Source: Candidatus Melainabacteria bacterium 17Bon1m | Lineage (GTDB): Bacteria; Cyanobacteriota; Vampirovibrionia; Obscuribacterales; Obscuribacteraceae | Direction of reading: 5' to 3' | DNA: 64,000 nt | Assembly: GCA_032128875.1 (NCBI GenBank) | Contig: JAVLKG010000018.1 | Location: 12,935-76,934 of the forward strand | In this document: in pieces, positions 19,423 to 28,979 of the stretch | Layout of the letters: each line of letters opens with the position of its first letter | How positions within the stretch are numbered: position 1 is the stretch's first letter | Notes under the pieces: generated by a model | What the model was told of the DNA's origin: nothing | What the model saw: the letters and a program-made list of their open reading frames with translations, nothing else | Databases searched by the model: none | Made by a program: the position numbers and the translations under genes

Positions 19423-21051
19423 ATGAACAAATACAGAGGCGCTGCTCTTGCGGTGCTCGCCATTGCGGCCCTATCCGCCGCCGGATTCAGCTACCGAAAC
19501 TCGACTCTGCGCGTGAAGGAGGAGAATGCTGCGCGCATCCGGTCGACGCTGCCGAAAGATATTTTGGCGCGGCTGGAGAAGCTCGACCTCGAGACGCGCG
19601 AGAAGTTGCTTGGCGACGAGTACTTCCGATTCGCCATCGGGCAGGTGCCGGAGGCTATGCGCCCACGCTACCTGGAATACTGGCTGAAGGGGCTGGAGGA
19701 CAATTTCTGCCGCGAGATTCTCTACGAAGCGGCTAGCCGCGCTTACGACGTCGAGGGCGTCGGCAAGCTCGATCTGCCGAATGCGCAGGCCGGCTGCCCG
19801 AAGGGGGTTTCCGTCGAAAAGACGAGAGAATACGTGAACGGTCGTTTAAAAGCTGTTTTCGATGATCCGTTCACCTTCGTGATGGAGCCAGCTGCCGGTC
19901 GGCAGCTGATCACCAGGCTGTCCGGCAAAGAGAAGCTCGACGGTGGCGTCGGTCTTGTTTTCACCAACGTTTTGGACTCCGAACAGACGCTCATTCCGGG
20001 TGCTGGAGCCAAAACTACGGCGAAGTTCACTGGGCTGGTCTATCATGCGGTCAAATCCGGGCCTTCCCGTGCCGCCGGCATTCAGGACGGTGACAAGGTG
20101 CTCAAGGTGGATGGCAAGGACGTAATCGGGCTCGATTCCGACTACGTTATCGAGGGTTTGTTGCGTGGTCCGAAGGGTTCTTCCGTCACTCTCACTGTCG
20201 ATCGTGGCGGCACTGTCTTCGAGACCAAAATCGTGCGTGCCGAAATTCATCCCGATTCGGTGTGGTTGCGGGATCTCGGTGGCGGCATGTTCGCCATCAT
20301 CGCAACCCAGTGGGACAACGGCTCGGCCGGCAACATTTATGCCGCGGTCTTGCAGGCAAAGGCTGCCGGTGCCACGGGTATTGTCGTGGACGTGCGCAAC
20401 AATGTCGGTGGCAACTTCCTCCAGGCTGTCGCTGCAGCTGCGATATTTGTCAAGGACGGACTGCTGGTCTCGACGCGTGAGCGTGAGCTTGTCGACGGTC
20501 ATCCGGAATCCAAGCACTTTCACCTGAATCGCTACGAGATGCGCAATGGCCGTCTCTGGATGGTCTCCAAGGATGAGGACACAGGCAAGGTCGTGGAGCA
20601 GGAGGTGTCCATCCAGATGGTTGAGAAGGACCCGTCAACCGGCAAGGCTCGGGTCGTCGACAACAACGAGCTCTATATTCAGGGTCTGCCACCGGTGGTG
20701 GTGATGGGCAACGGCTGGAGCGCGTCGGCCTCCGAGGTCTTCATCGGCTCGGTCAGCAAGAACCGCGTGGGCAAGGGGGGCGAGCGTCAAGGCGCCGGCT
20801 TCGTCGGCACGGAAACGGCCGGTAAGGGCATCGAGCAAGAAAACACTCCGTTGGCGCTCGGAATGCGCTTTTCCGTGACCTTCGGACGCTATTTCTTGAA
20901 TGACGGTTCATGGCCGGGCGACGCGCATCGCATCCGCAATCCGATCGTGCCCGACCTGGCAGTTGCGCTGCCGGAGAGGGCCATCATTTACACCCCTGAC
21001 GACAGCCAGCTCAATGCGGCTGTTCATTCGCTGAGAAGCACCGGCAAGTGA
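19423..21051 (+). CDS. S41 carboxyl-terminal processing protease with PDZ domain
   Basis: PDZ (AAGIQDGDKVLKVDG), DVRNNVGG, SASASE catalytic Ser, TAGKG Lys; N-terminal anchor. Confidence 0.92.
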   Translation: MNKYRGAALAVLAIAALSAAGFSYRNSTLRVKEENAARIRSTLPKDILARLEKLDLETREKLLGDEYFRFAIGQVPEAMRPRYLEYWLKGLEDNFCREILYEAASRAYDVEGVGKLDLPNAQAGCPKGVSVEKTREYVNGRLKAVFDDPFTFVMEPAAGRQLITRLSGKEKLDGGVGLVFTNVLDSEQTLIPGAGAKTTAKFTGLVYHAVKSGPSRAAGIQDGDKVLKVDGKDVIGLDSDYVIEGLLRGPKGSSVTLTVDRGGTVFETKIVRAEIHPDSVWLRDLGGGMFAIIATQWDNGSAGNIYAAVLQAKAAGATGIVVDVRNNVGGNFLQAVAAAAIFVKDGLLVSTRERELVDGHPESKHFHLNRYEMRNGRLWMVSKDEDTGKVVEQEVSIQMVEKDPSTGKARVVDNNELYIQGLPPVVVMGNGWSASASEVFIGSVSKNRVGKGGERQGAGFVGTETAGKGIEQENTPLALGMRFSVTFGRYFLNDGSWPGDAHRIRNPIVPDLAVALPERAIIYTPDDSQLNAAVHSLRSTGK

Positions 21052-21115
21052 CAGTAACTGCCCGCGGTGGCGCAAAAGAGCGCTGCGGGCAGCCATTTGT
21101 CTGAAAGGAAAGCTG

Positions 21116-21292
21116 ATGAAAAACGTCGATGTAACCTTGCTTGCTCGCTACGGCATTGTTGAGAAGCCACGCAGCGCGGAGGAATCGATAACTGTTCAGG
21201 AGCCCGGCAAGCTCGCCGCCGGCGAAGGTCTGGAAGTTCTCGAATTCGCCGAGTTCGTCGTCGCTGAGCGCTTTGGCGCTGACAGCAATTGA
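21116..21292 (+). CDS. Small hypothetical protein (58 aa, below ORF-track cutoff)
   Basis: AAAGGAAAG RBS; MKNVDVTLLARYGIVEK...ERFGADSN fills the gap co-directionally. Confidence 0.6.
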   Translation: MKNVDVTLLARYGIVEKPRSAEESITVQEPGKLAAGEGLEVLEFAEFVVAERFGADSN

Positions 21293-21307
21293 TCAAAGGA
21301 GAAGAAG

Positions 21308-21568
21308 ATGGGTGTCATCATTCCCGATCCGGAGGACGTCAATGCCTCTAACAGCGCGCTTAGCGCTGAAATCGTTGCCGCTATGTTCGACCGTCCCGGC
21401 TATTCACCGGCGATTCGCCAGGCGACCAGAGAGTGGATCGCCGAGCAGCGCAAGAACGGCTACAAGGATGCGCCGCCCCAGTCCTCAGGACAGGAGTGGC
21501 CGCTCATCGCCTTCATCGCTCTCGTGCTTGGTCTGGCAATCTGCAGTCTGGCGGCCTTCGGCGCCTGA
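21308..21568 (+). CDS. Small protein with C-terminal TM
   Basis: AAGGAG RBS; C-terminal hydrophobic helix. Confidence 0.65.
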   Translation: MGVIIPDPEDVNASNSALSAEIVAAMFDRPGYSPAIRQATREWIAEQRKNGYKDAPPQSSGQEWPLIAFIALVLGLAICSLAAFGA

Positions 21569-21589
21569 GCAAAGGAAAGGGCAAAACGA

Positions 21590-21829
21590 ATGCTGGTAAC
21601 GGCAATTTCTGCGTGGCTCATCGCTATGTTTTTCTGGGGAGCTGCTTGCTGCAAGATGACCAAACTTGACGCGTACTAGCGCGCGCCCAATCCTGAAGCA
21701 CGTCGACAGGCTGCCAGCCAGCCCGGCTTCTGGCTGCCCGAGTATATCCTGCTCCTGCTGGCTTTGCCTTGTGGCATCAGCCTATCCACTGCGCTTGTAT
21801 CGACTCTTCGTCTGAGCGGACATCTCTAG
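21590..21829 (+). pseudogene. Small two-TM protein gene interrupted by in-frame TAG at 21677-21679
   Basis: Frame continues after the TAG into a second hydrophobic helix (FWLPEYILLLLALPCGISL). Confidence 0.4.
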
Positions 21830-21953
21830 ATGGAGGCCCGTCCGCGCTCTTTGCTCGACTAGTCGAACGTTTGGAATGCATCAACGGGCGGGCCTTATCA
21901 CCCGCCTGCGAACACACTTGGGCTGATTGCCCATTGAGAGAAAGGAAACCAAC

Positions 21954-22628
21954 ATGCGAAACGACCAATTTGGACTTTCGATCGTCACGCACGGTCGCGA
22001 ACTTCCCATCATCGAGCACGGCGGCAAGCTTTATGTCGCTGCTCCCTGGAGTGAAAACTACCAGCTGCGTATCAGAGTGCCCAGTTATGGGCGTTATCTT
22101 GGAGTGTTGTCCGTTGACGGACTGGACGTCATGACCGGAAGAACCGCCTCTGTCGATGCTGACGGTTATGTCTTCCGTGGTCCAGTCTGCTCGCCCGCCA
22201 ACGACATTCCGGGCTTTCGTCTGAACGACCGGCAAGTTGCCGCCTTCCGGTTCGGCGATCGCAGAGACAGCTATGCCGCTTATCTGGACAAGCCCACCAA
22301 TGTCGGTGTAATTGCGGCGGTCTTTTACGAGGAGCGGCCTGTACCCATTCCACTGCAGGTCCATGTTCGTCGCGGCGACGGGGGCGGCGCGGTGACCAAG
22401 GGGCGTGGACACGACATGGGCACCGCTTTCGGGCATCGTATGGATCATCATGTCTCTACCACGGAGTTTATTCGAGGGCGGGAAGTCGCGCGCATCGTCA
22501 TCGAGTACGCCTCGAAGGAGAGCTTGCAGAAAGCAGGAATTCCTGTCGAGGCGCCCTTGGGGCAGGTCGAACCTTTTCCGGCCGACCGTAGCTACGGTTG
22601 CGTTCCGCCGCGTAACTGGCGCGGCTAG
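21954..22628 (+). CDS. Conserved-looking hypothetical protein
   Basis: AAAGGA RBS; motifs VLSVDGLDV, IPGFR, FRFG, NVGVIAAVFYEE, MGTAFG. Confidence 0.8.
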   Translation: MRNDQFGLSIVTHGRELPIIEHGGKLYVAAPWSENYQLRIRVPSYGRYLGVLSVDGLDVMTGRTASVDADGYVFRGPVCSPANDIPGFRLNDRQVAAFRFGDRRDSYAAYLDKPTNVGVIAAVFYEERPVPIPLQVHVRRGDGGGAVTKGRGHDMGTAFGHRMDHHVSTTEFIRGREVARIVIEYASKESLQKAGIPVEAPLGQVEPFPADRSYGCVPPRNWRG

Positions 22629-22723
22629 CCGCGTCTTCGCTCAAACGTGACAGGCGGAAAAGCGTTGCTCCGAATGCGTTTTGTACGCGCCGGCAATGCT
22701 TTTCCGATAAGGAGATTACTGTT

Positions 22724-23803
22724 ATGTCTAACAACGAAGCACCCCGTTCCGGCAATGATGGAGCGGGATTTCACATCGTAGCAGGCTCCGGAGGATGCCG
22801 GGCGATGTTGGCAACAATTGGAATGCTGCTTGCCCTCTTCTGGTTCGGCATTCGCAAAATCAAATCCGCCGGTGGTATTAGCGGCGGTGCTATTCCCATG
22901 GTTTTTCTGTCTGCAGGTTTTGATGTCAGACAGATACTCAAGCTGGCTGTCGAGCTCGATTTCCAGAGTCTGCTCGATTTCGGCGAAAAGATCGCCTGGG
23001 TCTTGATCGAACACTATTCGGGCACGCGCCGAAAAGGTGATCCGCCCGCCAAAGGCACGTTCAAGATGAACAGGTTCGAATCCTGGCTGCACGAAAAGCT
23101 GGGAGAGGGGTGGCCTAAGCATCTGGAATACTGGACTATGGCGACCGACGTCAGGGGCGCGCAAATTTTGCTCACGGGCGGAGGTGTTTTTCGCCGGGAG
23201 GAAGGCGGGCAATTCGTTCGCATTGCGTCCGTCCAACCGCCTCTGGGCAAGTCCATCTGTGCTACTTGCACGGTGCCGGGCGTCTTCATGCCGGTCGATC
23301 TTCCACTCGATGACGGCTCCTCCCTCAAAGTCTGGGACGGCGCCTTGAGCTGGGAGTCCATGCGTCCGGCTTCGCTTGTCGAGGAGTTTTACAACGCGAG
23401 TCCTGGCGAGATTATTCTCTGCGACGTCGGCGTCGAACTCAATCGCTTCGATCGCTATGCCAACCACATCTGGAAGCTCATCTGCGGAGGGCGTTGCGTG
23501 CCGCCTCGCGGCAAAAGAAGTGTTAACGAGGACAAGATGCTGGTCATCCAGCCGGCTGTCATGTCCGTGCGCACCTTCGAATTCGCCGCCCACTCGGATA
23601 AGAAGTGGCTGGCGATCATGGAAGGATTCGCAGCTACGGTCGATGCTCTCAACAAGGGATACAGGCTCACCGATGCTCAGTATCTCGAGGGGCGGGCTCT
23701 GCTGGACGAATTCAATCAGCTGGTTCGCGACTATAAGGATGCCGCGCCCGGTACGGTTTCGAAGAAAACCGAATACCTGCTCACTGCATACGGCGTCATC
23801 TGA
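22724..23803 (+). CDS. Patatin-like phospholipase
   Basis: GSGGCR oxyanion loop, GISGG nucleophile, DGA catalytic Asp. Confidence 0.88.
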   Translation: MSNNEAPRSGNDGAGFHIVAGSGGCRAMLATIGMLLALFWFGIRKIKSAGGISGGAIPMVFLSAGFDVRQILKLAVELDFQSLLDFGEKIAWVLIEHYSGTRRKGDPPAKGTFKMNRFESWLHEKLGEGWPKHLEYWTMATDVRGAQILLTGGGVFRREEGGQFVRIASVQPPLGKSICATCTVPGVFMPVDLPLDDGSSLKVWDGALSWESMRPASLVEEFYNASPGEIILCDVGVELNRFDRYANHIWKLICGGRCVPPRGKRSVNEDKMLVIQPAVMSVRTFEFAAHSDKKWLAIMEGFAATVDALNKGYRLTDAQYLEGRALLDEFNQLVRDYKDAAPGTVSKKTEYLLTAYGVI

Positions 23804-23878
23804 CGTCAAGTGCGCAATCGCAAAAGAAGTCCAACTGGCAGGGGGATACTCCTCCTGCCATTTCGATTAGGAGGACGA

Positions 23879-25915
23879 ATGACTACTCAAGAAACAAACA
23901 AAGGCGGCAAAGGCAATGACGACACGCTGCTGACAGACACGCTGGTGAAGACCGGCGCCGGAGCCGACGAAATTGCCGAGACCCTCAAGGTCGATAAGGC
24001 GATGCAGTCCAGCCATAAGGGAAAGCTTCCGGGCGCCATAGCTTCTGCGCTGCTTTCGCGCGATCTTCCTTTCTACCTCTTCCGCCGCATCGACCGGAGC
24101 ATGCCTGAATCCGTCGACGCCGTGCGTAAGGAATGTGTCCGAATCGGGCAGGATTACCTCGCCGCCGGCGAGTTGCTGTCCGAGAATGGCAAATTCAATC
24201 CGAAGCTGGAAGAAGAGCTGACACGCGCTCTTTTTTACGCGCTGACCATTCCCCAGGAGCAGACCGGCGTCGGCGCCAAGATGTCGGACGTGGCCAAGAT
24301 CATGCTTGAGATTGGTCGCAAGGTAAGCCCGATCATTCCTGGCACTCTCTCGATCAAGACTCTCATCGGTCCTGTGGGCGCGCTCAAGAATTTCGGCAAT
24401 GCCGAGCAGAAGGAACGCTTCCTTCGCTACATGGCTCAAGTCGCGTTCCAGGGTTGCTTCGCCGCGACCGAGCCGGGGCGTGGCTGTGCTGTTGCTGACC
24501 CCACCACATATGGTGTCATCGGCGACGACGGCATGCTGAGGATATACGGGGAGAAGCTCTTCATCTCGCGGGGAGTTTATGGCGCCAAGCTCGGTCTTTT
24601 CCTAAAGGTCGGCAATGAGCGCAAAGTGGTGATTGTCGAGCTGCCCGAGGCAGCCACCGAATCTTTCCACATTGAAGAGTACGACATGCTCGTGCTCAAA
24701 CCAGCGCTCGACAACAACAAGTTGGTGTTCAACGGACTGCCTGTGCCGGTCGAGAATATCATCCCCGGCGATGGGCTCGAGGCGATTTTCCACGATCTCG
24801 ACGACGGGCGCTGGGCGGTCGGCGTCAGTGCCACCGTGCTGATGATGGCTGTTCTGGCCAGCCTGCCGGAATGGGTCTCGGTGCGCGAGACGTTCAAGAA
24901 GCCGCTGCATCAGCGTCAGATGATTCAGTATTTGATGTCCCTGATTGCTGCTTACAGCGCCGGTGCCGAAGCGTTGACGCTCTGGGCGGCCGATCAAGTC
25001 GATCAGGGTCGCTCAGCGGCGATCGAGGCAATGATCAGCAAGACCTGGTCCACCGAGCGGCTTCGCGAAGTGATGACCGAGCTGGCTCCGGACGTGCAGG
25101 GCGGTCGGACATTCGAAGCCAATAACGTGATTGGCAAGAATGCTATGAACGCTGCTGTTGCGCGTGTCTATGAAGGTCCCAACAAAATGTTGGGCATGGC
25201 CACGATGGGACTTCTTTCCAAGGTTTTCGAAGAAGCCGGCATGAAGAATTTCTATCTGGCTCTGAAAGACGCCGGCATCGACATGTTCGAGCTGACGCGC
25301 CTTTCCAACATCGCCAAGGCCCGCGTATTTTGGAAGCATCGTCGTGCTCTCTGGGCTGATCGTGCTCGGATAATTCCGGCTGTCCGGTTCGCTTATGGAT
25401 GCAAACGCAGTCTCAAAAGCGGCAAGATCAGGGATTTTGCCGGTGAAGGCGAGCTGTTTGATTTCAACTGGAAGCGGCTGCCCGACAAGCGTTTCCACGG
25501 ACATCTCAAGTTTGCTGCCGAGCAATGGTTCAACTGGCGCTGGCGTCTCTTCAACTTGATGATGCAATATGGAGCCAAGCTCATTGACGAGCAGATGATC
25601 ATCGAGTATGAGGTCTATCGCCCGCTCACCCATATTGTGGTGATGCTCACCAGCATCGACGCTGCGATCAATGCGCAGCAGCGCTCGGACTTCGCGCAGG
25701 TCGAGTGCTTCAATATACTCATCGAGGCGACGCGCGCCGAGTTGCTTGGCAATCGCCCGACCAGTCGCGAATTGCGCCAGGCAGTCGAGACTCTCTTCCC
25801 GCATATCATTGGCGGAAGGCTGCGTTGGCTGGAGGGGATTCCCGTCGCTTCCATCTTCCAGCCCTGGTGGAAGGAAGAGCGGCAAGAGGGTGGCTTCAAG
25901 GAAAACCTTCTCTAG
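23879..25915 (+). CDS. Acyl-CoA dehydrogenase family protein
   Basis: FAATEPGRG, GEKLFIS, RETFKKPL, QGGR, VYEGPN; AGGAGG RBS. Confidence 0.9.
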   Translation: MTTQETNKGGKGNDDTLLTDTLVKTGAGADEIAETLKVDKAMQSSHKGKLPGAIASALLSRDLPFYLFRRIDRSMPESVDAVRKECVRIGQDYLAAGELLSENGKFNPKLEEELTRALFYALTIPQEQTGVGAKMSDVAKIMLEIGRKVSPIIPGTLSIKTLIGPVGALKNFGNAEQKERFLRYMAQVAFQGCFAATEPGRGCAVADPTTYGVIGDDGMLRIYGEKLFISRGVYGAKLGLFLKVGNERKVVIVELPEAATESFHIEEYDMLVLKPALDNNKLVFNGLPVPVENIIPGDGLEAIFHDLDDGRWAVGVSATVLMMAVLASLPEWVSVRETFKKPLHQRQMIQYLMSLIAAYSAGAEALTLWAADQVDQGRSAAIEAMISKTWSTERLREVMTELAPDVQGGRTFEANNVIGKNAMNAAVARVYEGPNKMLGMATMGLLSKVFEEAGMKNFYLALKDAGIDMFELTRLSNIAKARVFWKHRRALWADRARIIPAVRFAYGCKRSLKSGKIRDFAGEGELFDFNWKRLPDKRFHGHLKFAAEQWFNWRWRLFNLMMQYGAKLIDEQMIIEYEVYRPLTHIVVMLTSIDAAINAQQRSDFAQVECFNILIEATRAELLGNRPTSRELRQAVETLFPHIIGGRLRWLEGIPVASIFQPWWKEERQEGGFKENLL

Positions 25916-26011
25916 CCGTGCGTTTGCCTGCGCCCTCAAATGTTTTTTTGCGGCGCGCTTTCATCGGCTTGCTCCTTAGCAAGCGTCGATTCACCAACAA
26001 GGGAGTTCGAT

Positions 26012-26092
26012 ATGGATAAAGCAGGGCTTCTTCTGGCACTCTTCATCTGGGCGGTCAGCTGGGGGCTTTTCTTGTGGCTCTTGCTGCACTGA
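26012..26092 (+). CDS. 26 aa single-TM micropeptide
   Basis: AAGGGAG RBS; MDKAGLLLALFIWAVSWGLFLWLLLH. Confidence 0.45.
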   Translation: MDKAGLLLALFIWAVSWGLFLWLLLH

Positions 26093-26263
26093 AGCAAATA
26101 GCCCTTGCGACTTAACACAATACCGCTTGCGTGGGCTTGGAATTCAATTTTGTCGGTCAGGCTGATGGATTTCCTTCTCATCGGGCTGAAAGCCTTCCAG
26201 AGGGGCTTGCAGGACCCCTGGGAAGGCTCGGATTCTTCCTGTCTAGAGAGAAAGAGAAGTCAC

Positions 26264-26470
26264 ATGGACTCGATACTGCTATTCTTCCTTGTCGTCTTTG
26301 CGGCGGCAAGGAATTACATTTGGCACGCGTTGGCTCTGACAGTCTTGATCAGCGCTACTGTGGGAGTGTTCGGCGGTTCATGGATCGATGCGGCGAAAGT
26401 CTGCGTTCTCATTGCCGTGGTCCTCGCCTGCGCCGCTGGCCTTTTTGCCGTCAAGCTGATTCGAGGTTGA
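26264..26470 (+). CDS. Small membrane protein
   Basis: Purine-rich RBS; almost entirely hydrophobic; followed by hairpin gcgtggacgcagc/gctgcgtccacgt. Confidence 0.6.
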   Translation: MDSILLFFLVVFAAARNYIWHALALTVLISATVGVFGGSWIDAAKVCVLIAVVLACAAGLFAVKLIRG

Positions 26471-26550
26471 AGCAGTTGAAGGTCTGGCGTGGACGCAGCT
26501 TTGCTGCGTCCACGTTTAAGAAGTCAACGCTGTGACGACGGAGTTAAGAC

Positions 26551-27315
26551 ATGAAAAGGTCAAAAAATCCCCGCGCCCGGATCCAGACTGTGATCGAGAA
26601 AGCTAAGGCGCAGTCCTCGGAAAATAAACCGGAAGCGTTCAATACCTGGACTAGCGCGACTCTTCTCAGTTTGGAACTGGTCAGTCCCGACTTTTGTCTG
26701 ACGCAATACTGTCTCAACAATGTCGGCAAATCCTTGGTCGATCAGGGTGACTATGAGCGCGCTATCGGCGTGCTGGAGCCCGCTCTCGAAAAGGCCCGTG
26801 AGGCTCTTGGCCTTGCTCATCCGCTGGTTGAGCATCCCTGCCAGTCTTTAGGACGTGCATATGACGCCGTCGGCGACTATGCAAAGTCTCTTCAGTATTG
26901 GGACGCGGCTGCGCATTCCGCGGAAAATACGCGCGGCATATACCACGCGTCGACAATATTCTGTCTCAGTAAGAAAGCGCGAGCGTTGCGCTCTCAAGGA
27001 ATGTACGAAGAAGCTTTGACGGTCTATTGCAAAGTTTTGGGTCGAACGCAGTTCGTGTTTGGAAACGAACTGCAAACAGCCTTTGCCGCCCGTGAACTGG
27101 CGGCATGCTATTGCCAGCTTGGACGCTTTCAAGAAGCGATACCGATCTGGCAACACGCAAGGCATTGTTTCGATGCGCACCCTCGCTATCACAGGTATGC
27201 GAAAACCGTGAAGCGATGCCTTTGCTGGTCTCGTGACCAGGTGGCGCAGAGCGGTCATGCCGGCTCGAACGCTGGCAGGACGGATGAAGTTGTTTCGGAT
27301 GCTGAGGTGGTTTGA
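26551..27315 (+). CDS. Tetratricopeptide repeat protein (kinesin-light-chain-like TPRs)
   Basis: Repeats such as LNNVG..L..QGDYERA..L..AL, with G..HP spacers. Confidence 0.85.
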   Translation: MKRSKNPRARIQTVIEKAKAQSSENKPEAFNTWTSATLLSLELVSPDFCLTQYCLNNVGKSLVDQGDYERAIGVLEPALEKAREALGLAHPLVEHPCQSLGRAYDAVGDYAKSLQYWDAAAHSAENTRGIYHASTIFCLSKKARALRSQGMYEEALTVYCKVLGRTQFVFGNELQTAFAARELAACYCQLGRFQEAIPIWQHARHCFDAHPRYHRYAKTVKRCLCWSRDQVAQSGHAGSNAGRTDEVVSDAEVV

Positions 27316-27362
27316 AAATCACTTGAGCTGCTGCGGCACTTCACCGCAAGAAAGGAAAAGGC

Positions 27363-28604
27363 TTGAGCACAATTCATCAAATTTTCCCCGTCATCTTCAC
27401 GGCTGTCGGGTTCACTTACGCCTTGGCTCTCGTTTTCGAGGTGATCAACGGCTTTCATGACACTGCTCACGCGTCGGCGACCAGCGTGGCTTCCGGCGTG
27501 TTTGCTTTCAAGCCCCTGGAGTTGAGCGTCTTCGGCAAGAAAATCACGATCGAGTGGCGTTATTGGATACCGGTTGGAATGTCGTGCGTATTCAACTTTG
27601 TCGGCGCCTACTTCGGCGGCACGGCAGTGGCGCTCTTCATTCCCAAGATCATTCACTTCAGCCCTGTGCCCCTGCGCCTCATAATGGCTGCGCTTATGGC
27701 TGCCGCCGGATGGAACCTTTTCACCTGGTGGAAGCGCATTCCTGTTTCCAGTACTCACTGCCTGATCGGCGCTCTTACGGGAGCCGGCATGGCAGCTGCC
27801 AGTGCGCGTGGTGTCAACTTCCAAGAACTGGGTTGGGCTCTAGTCGGTCTTGCTATTGCTCCGTTTCTCTCGTACCTGCTCGCTCTCAGCCTGGCCAAGA
27901 TCTTGAAGATTCTCTTCGGGCGTCCCGGCAGTGGCTCGCGCTGGGAGCAGCTCTTGCGCTGGCTTCAGGTGTTTTCTTCCTGGGCGGTCAGCCTGGGTCA
28001 CGGTCGCAATGACAGCCAGAAGACGATGGGCATTATCGTCATGATAATGTCCATCTCCGCGGGCACCGCAATCCCGAAGGAAGTTCCGCACTGGGTCATT
28101 TTGACTTGCGCGGCGTGTATGGCGCTTGGTACTGCATTTGGTGCTGGGCGCATTATCAACACCGTCGGCGAGAAGCTTTCCACCAAACCGCTCAGCTTCC
28201 ATGACGGTTTGGCGGCTGAGACGGTGACGGCGATGCTGATCCATGTCGCTTCTCACTTCGGTCTGCCGCTCAGCACGACGCAGACCAGCACCTGCGGCGT
28301 GCTTGGCGCTGCTGCGGGCATTCACAACGACAGGGCGCTCTCATGGCAGACGCTCAAGAAGATGTTTTCGGGGACGCCAGCAGACAGGAAGCGCCGCTTC
28401 TTCGCTTTCTTTGGCATTCCTCTGCCGGTAAATGCAACCAGCTCTGTGTCTGTTCTGGAGGAAACAGCCGGCTGGGATGAAGAGTCGGTCGTCAACTGGG
28501 CGACTGTGAAAAACATGGTGGGCGCTTGGCTGTGGACATTCGTGGCTACTGTTTGCGCAGCGGAGGTTCTCTATGTGCTCTTGACCGAACTCAAGATCGG
28601 CTGA
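27363..28604 (+). CDS. pit: Inorganic phosphate transporter, PiT family
   Basis: INGFHDTA, PVSSTHCLIG, HGRNDSQKTMG, GLPLSTT signatures. Confidence 0.92.
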   Translation: MSTIHQIFPVIFTAVGFTYALALVFEVINGFHDTAHASATSVASGVFAFKPLELSVFGKKITIEWRYWIPVGMSCVFNFVGAYFGGTAVALFIPKIIHFSPVPLRLIMAALMAAAGWNLFTWWKRIPVSSTHCLIGALTGAGMAAASARGVNFQELGWALVGLAIAPFLSYLLALSLAKILKILFGRPGSGSRWEQLLRWLQVFSSWAVSLGHGRNDSQKTMGIIVMIMSISAGTAIPKEVPHWVILTCAACMALGTAFGAGRIINTVGEKLSTKPLSFHDGLAAETVTAMLIHVASHFGLPLSTTQTSTCGVLGAAAGIHNDRALSWQTLKKMFSGTPADRKRRFFAFFGIPLPVNATSSVSVLEETAGWDEESVVNWATVKNMVGAWLWTFVATVCAAEVLYVLLTELKIG

Positions 28605-28839
28605 GTTCTCTCTACGCATGTTTGCAAGGTGGCTTGTGACTGTATAAGCCGCATCGCTGTCGTTCCGCAAATCTCCCGGACGCGTGAGCGCCCGGGGGCG
28701 ACAAAATTCTCGATTTCCTTTTTCTCTTTTGCTGTACTAGGCTATGCCGTAAAGCGCTTTTAAAGGTTTTGCTATACGTTTTTCCTCTATATGCGCGCCG
28801 TTTGCTGCGGTAATGCTCGATTATTCGATGGGTGCGACG

Positions 28840-28873
28840 TTTGACGTTAATTTGATGTGGACGGGTGCATCAT
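28840..28873 (+). promoter_or_regulatory. TTTGAY direct-repeat promoter
   Basis: TTTGAC-gttaa-TTTGAT-N11-CATCAT upstream of ORF 28980. Confidence 0.7.
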
Positions 28874-28979
28874 GACATCACCCAGCACGCACACAAATTT
28901 CAACCGCAGGCAAGACACCGTGCGCAGTGTGGTCTGTCTGCATCGATTCTAAAAACCTGCATTACCGGAGGGTTCAGCC

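Noticed and set aside
21677-21679. Genome-wide TAG recoding
   Set aside because: Several well-conserved genes here end at TAG at sensible positions, and long ORFs have no internal stops.
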